Assembly (NCBI RefSeq): GCF_042666975.1
Contig: NZ_JBHTFF010000005.1
Coordinates: 1,321-33,320 of the forward strand
Length of the DNA: 32,000 bases
Source of the DNA: Microlunatus sp. GCM10028923
Lineage (GTDB): Bacteria > Actinomycetota > Actinomycetes > Propionibacteriales > Propionibacteriaceae
Reading direction: 5' to 3'
The position numbers and the translations under genes were made by a program. Below are positions 7,926-16,816 of the stretch, piece after piece (positions within the stretch are counted from its first letter, which is position 1; every line of letters starts with the position of its first letter). Under the pieces are notes generated by a model that ran no database searches, was not told where the DNA came from, and saw nothing but the letters and a program-made list of their open reading frames with translations.

Positions 7926-10145
7926 GTGGAAACCTTGTCGCGCTTCGTCCTCGCCCGTGGTCGGTTGATCACGCTGCTCACCGTCATCGCCGTCGCCCTC
8001 GGCGGCGGCGCACTCGCCCTCGTCCTGGCGAACGTGTCCGAGAAGAACGAGTACCCCGGGCTGCCCGGCTACGAGGCCAACCGGCAGATCCTGCAGACCT
8101 ACGGGACCGGCGGGTACGAACGCCCGTACGTCCCCGTGATCACGCTGCCGGAGGGCATCACCGCCGACAGTCCGGAGGGCCGGGAGGTGCTCGCGGCGGC
8201 GTTCGCCGCGGCCGACCGGGCGACCGGGGGCCGGGTCGTCTCCTACGCCGACACCGGTGACGCCCGGTTCGTCGGCGACGACGGCCGGACCACCTTCGGC
8301 CTGATCTTCGGCGGGCCGGTCGAGCAGGGCGGGATCCCCGGCAGCGCCCTCGGCGAGGGCAGCACGCTGAACCTCACCATCGACGCGGCGATGCGGCCGG
8401 TGCTGCCGCCGGGCACCACGCTGTTCGTCACCGGGCTCGACCCGCTGGCGACCGGCGAGGACACCGGCGGGCTGAACGTCGGGGTGAAGTTGTTGATCAC
8501 CATTGCCGCGGCGATCGTCGTGCTGGCCTGGGTGTTCCGCTCCGCGATGGCCGTGGTGCCGCTGCTCACCGCGTTGATCACGCTGCCGGTGTCGTTCATC
8601 GGCCTGCTGGTGGCCAGCTTGATCACCGAGGTGCACGAGACGACGACCACGATGATCCCGCTGCTCGGCCTGGGCATCGCGATCGACTACGCGTTGATCT
8701 TGGTCACCCGGTGGCGCGAGGAACGGGCCGCGGGCCGGGTCGGCGACGAGGCCGTCCACCGCGCCATGGCAACCGCCGGGCACGCCATCGTCTTCTCCAG
8801 TGTCGCGGTGGCGATCGGGCTGCTGGCCATGATCGTGCTGCCGATCCCGATCATGCGCAGCCTCGGCGTCGGCGGCATGCTGGTCACCGCGACCAGTGCC
8901 GTGGTGTCGCTCACCGTCCTGCCGTTGATCTTGTCCTGGACCGGGCGGCGGCTGGACCGCCGGGCCGCGGCCGGGAAGCCGATACGGCCCACCGGGTACG
9001 AGCGCGCGGGCCGGTTCTGGACCGCCTGGGCCCGGGGTGTGGTCCGGCACCGCTGGATCGTGGCGATTGGCTCCGTCGCCGCGCTCGGCGCGCTGACCGT
9101 GGTCGCGCTCGGGATCAACCTCAACGTTCCGGTCACCGGCGGCCTGTCCCGGTCCGGTCCCGGCCACGACGGCCTGGTCGCGCTGCAGAACACCGGCGTC
9201 CCCTCCGGGCCGCTGACCTCCTTCGACGTGTACCTCCCGCCGGGCACCGACCCGGTCGCGGTGGCCGACGGAATCCGTCCCCTGCCAGGGATCTACACCG
9301 TCGTCACGCCCCAGGGGTCCGACTGGCGGGCGGCCGACGGCTCGGCCCTGCTGACCGTACTGCCGGTCGACGAGGGCGGCTCACCGGCCGGCCGGGAGAC
9401 CATCCAGCGGGTGATCGACGCGGTGCCGGACGGGGTCCTGGTCGGCGGCAACGTGACCCAGCAACTGGACTACGTCGACGCGACCTATGCCGCCTTCCCG
9501 TGGATGCTGGCGCTGATCGCCTTGATCACCTTCGTGATGCTGGCCCGGGCCTTCCGTTCGGTCCTGCTGCCGCTGAAGGCGATCGCGCTGAACCTGCTCT
9601 CGCTCGGTGCGGTGCTGGGCGCGATGGTGATCTTCTGGCAGTGGGGCTGGGGCACCGAGGCACTGCTCGGCATCCAGCCGAACGGGACCGTCGGCACCTT
9701 CATCCCGGTGACCATCTTCGCCTTCCTGTATGGGCTCTCGATGGACTACGAGGTCTTCATCATCGCCCGGATGCGGGAGGAGTACGACCGCACCGGCTCG
9801 ACCGAGGAGGCCATCGTCCAGGGCATCGGCCGGACCGGCCGGCTGGTCACCTGCGCGGCGTTGATCTTGTTCTTCTCGTTCGCCTCGATGGCCGGCGGCG
9901 GCGAACTGGATGTCGCCGTCTTCGCCTCCGGCGTTGCCCTCGGCATCATCCTGGACGCGACCTTGATCAGATCCCTGCTGGTGCCCGCCACCGTCGCCAT
10001 GATGGGCCGCTGGAACTGGTGGCTGCCGGCCTGGCTGGCCCGGATCCTGCGGGTCGACCCGTCCCCGGTCCGGAACGAGGCTGTGCTGAAGGGGAACGGT
10101 GCCCCGGATCCGGAGCCGCGGGTACCGGTGAGCAGCGGCGTCTGA
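7926..10145 (+). CDS. MMPL-family (RND superfamily) membrane transporter
   Basis: 739 aa with a GTG start. It has two repeated blocks of about six TM helices separated by soluble loops, and contains ..GIAIDYALILVTRWREE.. and ..GLSMDYEVFIIARMREEY.., the characteristic MMPL motifs. Confidence 0.9.
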   Translation: METLSRFVLARGRLITLLTVIAVALGGGALALVLANVSEKNEYPGLPGYEANRQILQTYGTGGYERPYVPVITLPEGITADSPEGREVLAAAFAAADRATGGRVVSYADTGDARFVGDDGRTTFGLIFGGPVEQGGIPGSALGEGSTLNLTIDAAMRPVLPPGTTLFVTGLDPLATGEDTGGLNVGVKLLITIAAAIVVLAWVFRSAMAVVPLLTALITLPVSFIGLLVASLITEVHETTTTMIPLLGLGIAIDYALILVTRWREERAAGRVGDEAVHRAMATAGHAIVFSSVAVAIGLLAMIVLPIPIMRSLGVGGMLVTATSAVVSLTVLPLILSWTGRRLDRRAAAGKPIRPTGYERAGRFWTAWARGVVRHRWIVAIGSVAALGALTVVALGINLNVPVTGGLSRSGPGHDGLVALQNTGVPSGPLTSFDVYLPPGTDPVAVADGIRPLPGIYTVVTPQGSDWRAADGSALLTVLPVDEGGSPAGRETIQRVIDAVPDGVLVGGNVTQQLDYVDATYAAFPWMLALIALITFVMLARAFRSVLLPLKAIALNLLSLGAVLGAMVIFWQWGWGTEALLGIQPNGTVGTFIPVTIFAFLYGLSMDYEVFIIARMREEYDRTGSTEEAIVQGIGRTGRLVTCAALILFFSFASMAGGGELDVAVFASGVALGIILDATLIRSLLVPATVAMMGRWNWWLPAWLARILRVDPSPVRNEAVLKGNGAPDPEPRVPVSSGV

Positions 10146-10173
10146 TGTCCTTGCCGGGCAGACTTCTCACAGG

Positions 10174-11013
10174 TCAGTGACTCGCACCCCACGGCGGTAG
10201 CGCCGTGATCAATTCGCTCACGAGAGCCGCGAAGGCCGGCGGAACCGCGGGGTCGCCCTGCGCGGCCGATGCGGCGATCTGGGGTATCGGGCTTCCCGGC
10301 GCAGCGGCCTGCACCCGCAGGACGCTGAGCGCCTCGGCGGTGGCGGCCGAGGCGTGCTCGTCCTCCCGGTGCCGCTGGAATCCGACGACGAACTCGCTGA
10401 CGTCAATCGCCTGGAGAAGCCTGAACACGTCCAGTGCATCCTTTTCCTTCACCCGATCGCGCTGATTGGCCGCTTGCTCGAGACGCTCGCCGATCTTGAT
10501 CATCTTTGCCGTCAGCAGTGCGGCCGGCCCGGCGACGCGCAGGTCGCTCGTCCTGGGATCGCTCTGGTCGAGGGACACAAGGGTCACCATCTCGTTGTCG
10601 ATCAAGGCTGGTTCGAGGCCGTGCGCAATCCGTGCAGTGGCCTTCTCGTGCGGTGCGATCCGGGCCGCCCGCGCGGAGCGCCTGTCGGTGCCCGCCTGGT
10701 GCGGCACAACCATGAGGTCGATCGCGACGTCGCTCAGCGCCACCCAGTGGCCGGGATTCGCACCCGGCCTGAAACCCGCCGCCCGCAACTGCGAACCGAT
10801 CTCCGGCGCGTCGGCAAGCTGACGTGTGTCGACAGCAAGATCAGCATCCGTCGTCATCAGCGGGACGTTCAGGTCCGTCGCTCCGGTGTGGTGGTAGACC
10901 GCCTGGGCACCCACCAGAACGAGACTGGACAGGTGGCTGTCCAGAGCTGAGAGAGCGTGGAGCAGCACTTTGCGTGCAGCCACGTACTCGGGTGCAGGTT
11001 CATCCATGATCAT
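10174..11013 (-). CDS. Nucleotidyltransferase-fold protein, AbiEii-like putative toxin
   Basis: ATG 11013 overlaps the upstream stop as ATGA and is preceded by GGAAGGA; GTG 11022 is an alternative start. An NTase-like motif is present: LVLVGAQAVYHH..PLMTTDADLAVD (G-x-x-A .. D-x-D). Size and gene order match AbiEi-AbiEii pairs. Confidence 0.6.
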   Translation of the reverse strand: MIMDEPAPEYVAARKVLLHALSALDSHLSSLVLVGAQAVYHHTGATDLNVPLMTTDADLAVDTRQLADAPEIGSQLRAAGFRPGANPGHWVALSDVAIDLMVVPHQAGTDRRSARAARIAPHEKATARIAHGLEPALIDNEMVTLVSLDQSDPRTSDLRVAGPAALLTAKMIKIGERLEQAANQRDRVKEKDALDVFRLLQAIDVSEFVVGFQRHREDEHASAATAEALSVLRVQAAAPGSPIPQIAASAAQGDPAVPPAFAALVSELITALPPWGASH

Positions 11014-12092
11014 TCCTTCCACAGCGGGTCCGTTGCCGCTAGCGCGTTCATGAGCTGCTGCGCCTCCGCATCGGAACGGCCGGGCAACGTCATCAGGTCC
11101 GCGACGACCAACGGAAGCGGAGCTGTCACGAGCGTCCCGGGGTCACCGGCGGGCATGAGGATGTCCGAGTCCTGCGGCCGCGCGATGATCACATTCGCGG
11201 TCGCAGGTTCCGCATCGATCAAGCCGAGAGGGGCGGCGACCTGTACCGGGTCCGCCGAGTAGAGGGCAAGGAGGCGGAGGGGGACAACGGATGTCACTGA
11301 CTCCGGAAGCAGTCGACGCGCAGCGGCTGATCCGGTGAGGGCAACGCCGGTCAGATCACCGAGACGGGCCATCGCCCGGTCCAATCCCCTCGCCGCGATG
11401 AGATACCGGACCGAATGATTGGTCCTGGCGAAGGCGTAGTCCGCCACCCACCGACGTATCAGACCGCGGCGCCGGACGGCGACGACGCCGCCGTCCTTAC
11501 CTCGGTCGACGATGCCCTCCGCGGCCAAGGTGGCCAGAAGCTTGGACACCGAGCCCGGCGACACACCGGCGATGCCGGCGAGGGCTCGGACTCGGACGGG
11601 CAACTCGGTCATCGCCAGACTGCGAATGATTCGACTTGCTGCAAGTCCGTTGAGCCTGGTCACCGCTGCGGACTTGACGGGTGAACGCGGCGATCGAGCT
11701 GCACCTTGTCCGGTGAGAAGCACGAGGGGCTTGATTGAGGCGACCCGAATCCAGCCGGTCGAGTCGGCAAAGCTGAAGTCTTCAGCGGCCAGTGTGTCCC
11801 GCAGTGCAGGCCCGATGTAGTCGGAAACGAACAGGATCGGAACACCGCCGTTCGAGCGTTGAAGATCTCGGAGCGCGCGAACGAGCACCGAGCTGGAGAG
11901 TGCGCCGGACCGCTTCGCTTCGACCAGAAACGAGAGCCGTGCAGGAGCCGGTCCTACGAGTTCGACGAGTCCGTCTGCTTTCGAGTCGCCAGACTCCTGG
12001 TTGTAGTCGATGCGCCAGGATGTAGGCAGCAGCGCGGCGAGTCGAGCGAGCGCCTCACCTACCATTGATTCTCGAAGTGGCGTGTTTCCCAT
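11010..12092 (-). CDS. AbiEi-like putative antitoxin / transcriptional regulator with an extra N-terminal PD-(D/E)xK-like region
   Basis: 360 aa. The central winged-HTH-like stretch is VRVRALAGIAGVSPGSVSKLLATLAAEGIVDR. The C-terminal region resembles AbiEi C-domains. The N-terminal ~130 aa contains ADGLVELVG..LSFLVEAKRS, which fits a D..ExK nuclease-fold pattern. Codon usage is atypical. Confidence 0.5.
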   Translation of the reverse strand: MGNTPLRESMVGEALARLAALLPTSWRIDYNQESGDSKADGLVELVGPAPARLSFLVEAKRSGALSSSVLVRALRDLQRSNGGVPILFVSDYIGPALRDTLAAEDFSFADSTGWIRVASIKPLVLLTGQGAARSPRSPVKSAAVTRLNGLAASRIIRSLAMTELPVRVRALAGIAGVSPGSVSKLLATLAAEGIVDRGKDGGVVAVRRRGLIRRWVADYAFARTNHSVRYLIAARGLDRAMARLGDLTGVALTGSAAARRLLPESVTSVVPLRLLALYSADPVQVAAPLGLIDAEPATANVIIARPQDSDILMPAGDPGTLVTAPLPLVVADLMTLPGRSDAEAQQLMNALAATDPLWKE

Positions 12093-12144
12093 GGCGAGAA
12101 ACAGGCTATTTCAAGAAACGTCTCACATCAACCTGCTCCTCGAC

Positions 12145-12307
12145 GACTGGAGCCTCGTTGGTCGCCTGGGGCGGCGCTGATCTTGGTCTTCTCGTTCGCC
12201 TCGATGGTCGGCGGCGGCGGCCTGGACGTCGCCACCTTCGCCTCGGAATGAGAAACGGCTCCGGATCCGGAGCCGCGAGTGCCGGTGAGCACCGGCGTCT
12301 GATTTCC
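12145..12307 (+). pseudogene. Degenerate remnant of an MMPL-gene 3' end
   Basis: 12171-12246 aligns to 9855-9930 with about 9 mismatches in 76 nt (..ALILVFSFASMVGGGGLDVATFAS vs AALILFFSFASMAGGGELDVAVFAS). About 165 nt are then missing, and 12252-12307 aligns to 10094-10150, including the stop-codon context GGCGTCTGAT. An in-frame TGA lies at 12249-12251. Confidence 0.75.
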
Positions 12308-12449
12308 TGTTAGCTCAAGCTTATCGCAGTCCCACCCCGCGCCGCCTCCGGTTTATCGGCCCGTGAAATCGGGCTACCGGACCGGCTCGGAAGCTGCGCA
12401 CAATGACCCGGCTCGGCCAGGAGACTCCTAGCTGACCAGGAGGTTCGTT

Positions 12450-14345
12450 GTGTCAGCGGATGACACGGCCACGGCCGGCGGCGAGGTTCGCCGCCGGCTT
12501 GCCGACAGTCCGGTCCGCTATCTCCGGCACGCGCAGGTGCTCTGGCGGGCCTCCCGCGGGTGGACCGCGCTGAGCACGCTGCTGGTCCTGCTCGACGCTG
12601 TCGTCCGGACCCTGTTGATGATCATGATCGGCCGGTTCGCCGGCGCGGTCGCGGCGGCCGTCCGGCCCGGCGCCCCGGCGTCGGAGGTTGATCAGGTCTG
12701 GAGCTCCCTGGTCGCGATCGCCGCCCTGCTGCTGCTCGGCCCGGCGGTGCAGTCGCTGAAGGCGGTGACGGCGGCGCGCTGCTCGGCGGCCTACCTCGCG
12801 TACGTCTTCGATCTCCTGGCCGAGGCCGGCGTCGGGCCGCGCGGGATCGGGCACCTGGACAGCCCGGGTCCCGCGGGCCGGCTCCGCGCCATCGCCGACG
12901 CCACGAAGGACTGGTCGTTCCTGATGGGGATCGACTCGACCTGGTCGGTGCTGACCTCGCGGCTGGCCGCGGTCGGCGCCCTGGTCCTGCTGCTGCCCTG
13001 GCGCTGGTGGGTGCCGCTCCTGGTCGCCGCCACCTTCGTCCTGCTGTCGTACGTGTTCATGGGCTGGATCGGCCTGGCGTTCGACCGGCTGCTGCAGACC
13101 ACGGGTGACCAGCGCCGGCGGGCCGGCTATCTGCGCGGCCTGATGCTCGGAACCGAGGCGGCGAAGGAGATCCGGCTGTTCGGCCTGGCGGACTGGCTCG
13201 GCGAGACGTACCGGTCGACCTGGACCGAGGCCATGACGGGACTGTGGCAGTCCCGGCAGCGCGGCCTCGGGCCGGTGCTGGGCGCCTGCCTGGCCGTGGC
13301 CGCGACGACCGGCGGCGCGTTGATCATGATCGGGGTGGACGTCGTCGCCGGGGCGGTGACGCTGGGCGGCGCGGTGACGCTGGCCCAGGCAGTGCTGCGG
13401 CTGCAGATGTTCGGCCAGCTCGGGAACCCGAGCTCCGCCCTGACCCGGAACACCTCGACGCTGAACGCCCTCGCCGAGCTGCGCCGGGAACTGGGACTGC
13501 CCGCGGTCCGCACGCTTCCCGGTACGGCCCGCCCGGCTGGTCCCGATCGTGGCCCGGCCGCGGTCCGACTGGACGGCGTCAGCTTCGGCTATCCGAGTCG
13601 GAGGACCCTCGCCCTGGACGGGGTCAGCCTGGACGTGCCGGCCGGGCAGTCGATCGCCGTGGTCGGCAGCAACGGCGCCGGCAAGTCGACCATGATCAAA
13701 CTGCTCTGCGGGCTCTACCAGCCGGACCAGGGCACGGTCCGGGTGGACGGCGCCGACCCGGCGGTCGACGAGACCGCCCGGAGCCGGGTGGCGGTGATCT
13801 TCCAGGACTTCGTCCGCTACCACCTGCCCTTGCGGGACAACGTCCGGCTCGACGCCGGCGATCATGATCACGAGGTACTGGAGCGGGCCCTCGCCGATGC
13901 CGGCGGCGCCGGTCTGCTGAACCGTCTCGATCATGGTTGGGACACCGTGCTGTCGGCGGCGTACGACGGCGGCACCGACCTGTCCGGCGGCCAGTGGCAG
14001 CGGGTCGCGCTGGCCCGGGCGCTGGCCGCGGTGGCCGACGGTGCCGGCGTGTTGATCTTGGACGAGCCGACCGCAGCGCTGGACGTGCGGGCCGAGGCGG
14101 AACTGTTCGACCGGTTCCTCGAGGTGACCCGCGGCGTCACCACGATCCTGGTCAGCCACCGGCTGTCCAGCGTCCGGCACGCCGACCGGATCGTCGTGCT
14201 GGCCGACGCCGCGGACGATGATCAGGGAATCGTCGAGGACGGGACGCATCAGGAACTGATGGACCGCGGCGGCCGGTACGCGGCCATGTTCCGGCTGCAG
14301 GCGCGGCGCTTCGCCCGCGACGACTCCGGCGAGGAGGCCCGATGA
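12450..14345 (+). CDS. ABC transporter, fused permease/ATP-binding protein (exporter half-transporter)
   Basis: GTG start, 6 nt after CCAGGAGG. The N-terminal TM domain is followed by Walker A GSNGAGKST, signature LSGGQWQR and Walker B VLILDEPTAALD. The stop overlaps the next start (ATGA at 14342). Confidence 0.9.
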   Translation: MSADDTATAGGEVRRRLADSPVRYLRHAQVLWRASRGWTALSTLLVLLDAVVRTLLMIMIGRFAGAVAAAVRPGAPASEVDQVWSSLVAIAALLLLGPAVQSLKAVTAARCSAAYLAYVFDLLAEAGVGPRGIGHLDSPGPAGRLRAIADATKDWSFLMGIDSTWSVLTSRLAAVGALVLLLPWRWWVPLLVAATFVLLSYVFMGWIGLAFDRLLQTTGDQRRRAGYLRGLMLGTEAAKEIRLFGLADWLGETYRSTWTEAMTGLWQSRQRGLGPVLGACLAVAATTGGALIMIGVDVVAGAVTLGGAVTLAQAVLRLQMFGQLGNPSSALTRNTSTLNALAELRRELGLPAVRTLPGTARPAGPDRGPAAVRLDGVSFGYPSRRTLALDGVSLDVPAGQSIAVVGSNGAGKSTMIKLLCGLYQPDQGTVRVDGADPAVDETARSRVAVIFQDFVRYHLPLRDNVRLDAGDHDHEVLERALADAGGAGLLNRLDHGWDTVLSAAYDGGTDLSGGQWQRVALARALAAVADGAGVLILDEPTAALDVRAEAELFDRFLEVTRGVTTILVSHRLSSVRHADRIVVLADAADDDQGIVEDGTHQELMDRGGRYAAMFRLQARRFARDDSGEEAR

Positions 14346-16123
14346 GCCCGGCCCTGCGCGGGATCGGCATCGTGCTGCGGACGGCGGTCCGGGTCAGCCC
14401 CTGGCAGTCACTGCTGTGCCTGGTCGAGACGGTCGGCAAGGTGCTGGCCGCGCTGGCGCCGCTGTTCATCGGGATCTTCGCCGCCGGGGCCGTCGACCGC
14501 GACCTCGGCCGGATGGCCGGCGCGGCCGCCGCCCTGGTCGGTTCGACCGCCGTCACGAACGCGTTCTCGGCCCTCGGCGTGAACGCGCAGGTGAAGCAGC
14601 ACGAACTCGTCGGGCACACCCTGGACGCCGAGATCGCCCACCGCACCGCGCGGCTGCCGACCCTGGACCACCTGGAGTCCGCCCGCTTCCAAGATCGACT
14701 GCAGCTCCTGAAGGACGGCGAGGGCGTGCTCGGCGGAGCCTTCAGCCTGCTGGTCCACACGATCAACATCCTGGCGTTCTCGGTCGCCGTGCTGATCGTG
14801 GCGGCCACGGCGGACTGGCGGCTGTTGATCTTGATCGCGATCGGCGGGGTCCGGATGCTCAGCGCCCGCTGGACCGTCCGCTGGGAGCGGGACGCCGAAG
14901 AGGCCGGCGCCGCCGCGAGCCGGCTGTCCCGCCATCTGCTCGACCTGACCGGTTCGCCCGCGGCCGGTGCGGAGACCCGGGTCTTCGGCCAGCAGCAGCC
15001 GCTGCGCCGCCGGCTCCGGGCCGCGGTCCTCGGCTGGCGTACCCCACTGGTCCGGGCCGGCGACCGGACCAGTGTGCTGGACGCCGGGCACCTGCTCGTC
15101 TTCTACGCCGTGGCCGCGCTGATTCTGGCCTGGATGACCCGGGATGCCTTGGCCGGAACGGTTTCCGTGCAGGCCCTGGTGGTCGCCGTCGGGGTGCTCG
15201 GCTCCCTGCACGGCGTGAGCTCGTCCTTCGTCGAGGCGATCCGCAACTTCAGCAGGATCGGCCGGAACTGCGCCCGGCTGGTCTGGCTGATCGACTACAC
15301 CGACCGGGTCACGGCGGAGCAGCCGGCCCGGACCGTACCGCCGGCTCGGATCGAGCACGGCCTCCGGATCGAGAACCTGAGCTTCGGCTACGGCGACGCC
15401 GACCGGCCGGTGCTGACCGGCATCGATCTCGACCTGCCGGCCGGAACGGTGATCGCCCTGGTCGGCGAGAACGGCGCCGGCAAGTCCAGCCTGGTGAAGT
15501 TGATCAGCGGGCTGCACCGGCCGACCGGCGGCCGGATCATGATCGACAACCAGGACCTCGCCGACCTCGACCCGGCCTCCTGGCGGACCCGGCTGTCCGG
15601 AGCGTTCCAGGACTACGCCCGGTTCGAGTTCACCGCGCAGCACGCGATCGGCGTCGGCGACCTCCCGGCACTGGACCGGGAGGACCGAGTCCGCCGGGCC
15701 CTGCACGACGCGGCCGCCGAGGACGTCATCGCCGCCCTGCCGCAGGGACTCGGCACCCAGCTCGGCACCACCTGGCCGGCCGGCGTCGACCTCTCCGGTG
15801 GCCAGTGGCAGCGGATCGCCATCGCCCGCGGCATGATCCGCCCGGCCCCGCTGCTGCTGATCCTCGACGAACCGACCGCGGCCCTCGACGCCGCCACCGA
15901 GCACGCCCTGTTCGAGCGCTACGCGGCCGCCGCCCGCACCGCCGCCGGCCACGGCGCGATCACTCTGCTGGTCACCCACCGCTTCTCCACCGTCGCGGCC
16001 GCCGACCTGGTCGTCGTGCTCGACCAGGGCCGGGTCGTCGAGACCGGCACCCACGAGGACCTGATCGCCGCGGGCGGTCGGTACGCGGAGCTGTACGAAC
16101 TCCAAGCCCGCGGCTACCGCTGA
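14342..16123 (+). CDS. ABC transporter, fused permease/ATP-binding protein (partner half-transporter)
   Basis: 593 aa. The TM domain is followed by Walker A GENGAGKSS, signature LSGGQWQR and Walker B LLILDEPTAALD. It is translationally coupled to the upstream paralogue, which suggests a heterodimeric exporter. Confidence 0.9.
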   Translation: MSPALRGIGIVLRTAVRVSPWQSLLCLVETVGKVLAALAPLFIGIFAAGAVDRDLGRMAGAAAALVGSTAVTNAFSALGVNAQVKQHELVGHTLDAEIAHRTARLPTLDHLESARFQDRLQLLKDGEGVLGGAFSLLVHTINILAFSVAVLIVAATADWRLLILIAIGGVRMLSARWTVRWERDAEEAGAAASRLSRHLLDLTGSPAAGAETRVFGQQQPLRRRLRAAVLGWRTPLVRAGDRTSVLDAGHLLVFYAVAALILAWMTRDALAGTVSVQALVVAVGVLGSLHGVSSSFVEAIRNFSRIGRNCARLVWLIDYTDRVTAEQPARTVPPARIEHGLRIENLSFGYGDADRPVLTGIDLDLPAGTVIALVGENGAGKSSLVKLISGLHRPTGGRIMIDNQDLADLDPASWRTRLSGAFQDYARFEFTAQHAIGVGDLPALDREDRVRRALHDAAAEDVIAALPQGLGTQLGTTWPAGVDLSGGQWQRIAIARGMIRPAPLLLILDEPTAALDAATEHALFERYAAAARTAAGHGAITLLVTHRFSTVAAADLVVVLDQGRVVETGTHEDLIAAGGRYAELYELQARGYR

Positions 16124-16244
16124 CCCCTCCTCCCCCAACCCCCGCTGACTGGGCACAAAAGCAGGCGTTTGGACGGCGTGTCGCTGCGGTTGTGCCGAGT
16201 CGACGGAGCCCGGGGTCGTCGGTTCGGAAGGGGAATCGCGACCT

Positions 16245-16264
16245 GCCGGATCACGAGATCCGGC
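16245..16264 (+). terminator. GC-rich hairpin downstream of the ABC operon (possible terminator, no U-tract)
   Basis: GCCGGATC-ACGA-GATCCGGC: a perfect 8-bp stem with a 4-nt loop, about 120 nt after the ABC stop. Confidence 0.3.
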
Positions 16265-16342
16265 CGGCGGTGTCCGATCCGACCGGGCCCGTTCGTGGTG
16301 AGGGCAAGGAGACCCTTTCACCCCGAACGAGGAGATTTGATC

Positions 16343-16792
16343 ATGAAGGAATTCGCCACCAAGCCCGGTACGAAGATCGCGGTGTGGATCGTGTCCGCCC
16401 TGCTCGCGGCGTTCTTCGTGTTCGTCGGCGGCAGCAAGGCCCTGATGGCGTGGGAGGTGCTGGAGGCCGCCTCGATGGGGATCCCGGTGATCCTGCTCAA
16501 GACCGCCGGGTTCGCGGAACTGTTCGGCGCGGCCGGGCTGATCCTGCCCGCGCTGACCCGGATCGCCCCGGTGCTGACCCCGATCGCCGCAGCCGGCCTG
16601 GTGCTGACCATGATCGGCGCGACCGGGGTGGAGATCGCGCTGGGCCATCCGGTCACCGCGGTCCAGGCCGGGGTCGCCGGCCTGCTGTCCGCCTTCGTCG
16701 CCGTCGTCCGGTTCGCCGGGTTGCGGGCGACCACGCCGAGACGAGTTCGGACGATCGGCACCCGTACCGGCGTGTCTGCTGGTGCGGCCTGA
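16343..16792 (+). CDS. DoxX-family membrane protein
   Basis: ATG 16343 is preceded by GGAGA. 149 aa with four hydrophobic helices (IAVWIVSALLAAFFVFVGG.., ..LKTAGFAELFGAAGLILPAL.., etc.). The track ORF upstream of 16343 is Arg-rich and non-coding-like. Confidence 0.75.
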   Translation: MKEFATKPGTKIAVWIVSALLAAFFVFVGGSKALMAWEVLEAASMGIPVILLKTAGFAELFGAAGLILPALTRIAPVLTPIAAAGLVLTMIGATGVEIALGHPVTAVQAGVAGLLSAFVAVVRFAGLRATTPRRVRTIGTRTGVSAGAA

Positions 16793-16816
16793 GACCGTAC
16801 GCGATGATCTTCGGAC

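Larger units (their letters stand above)
10146..12144. other. Accessory islet (toxin-antitoxin pair) lying between the intact MMPL 3' end and a degenerate duplicate of it
   Basis: Both genes have many A/T-ending codons, unlike their neighbours. The region is bounded by ~9832-10150 (intact MMPL 3' end) and ~12145-12307 (diverged, internally deleted copy). No integrase or transposase is present. Confidence 0.6.

Noticed and set aside
12065-12313. 82-aa plus-strand ORF over the MMPL remnant
   Set aside because: It reads the remnant in the wrong frame relative to the MMPL homology, and there is no ribosome-binding site. I interpret the region as a pseudogene fragment instead.
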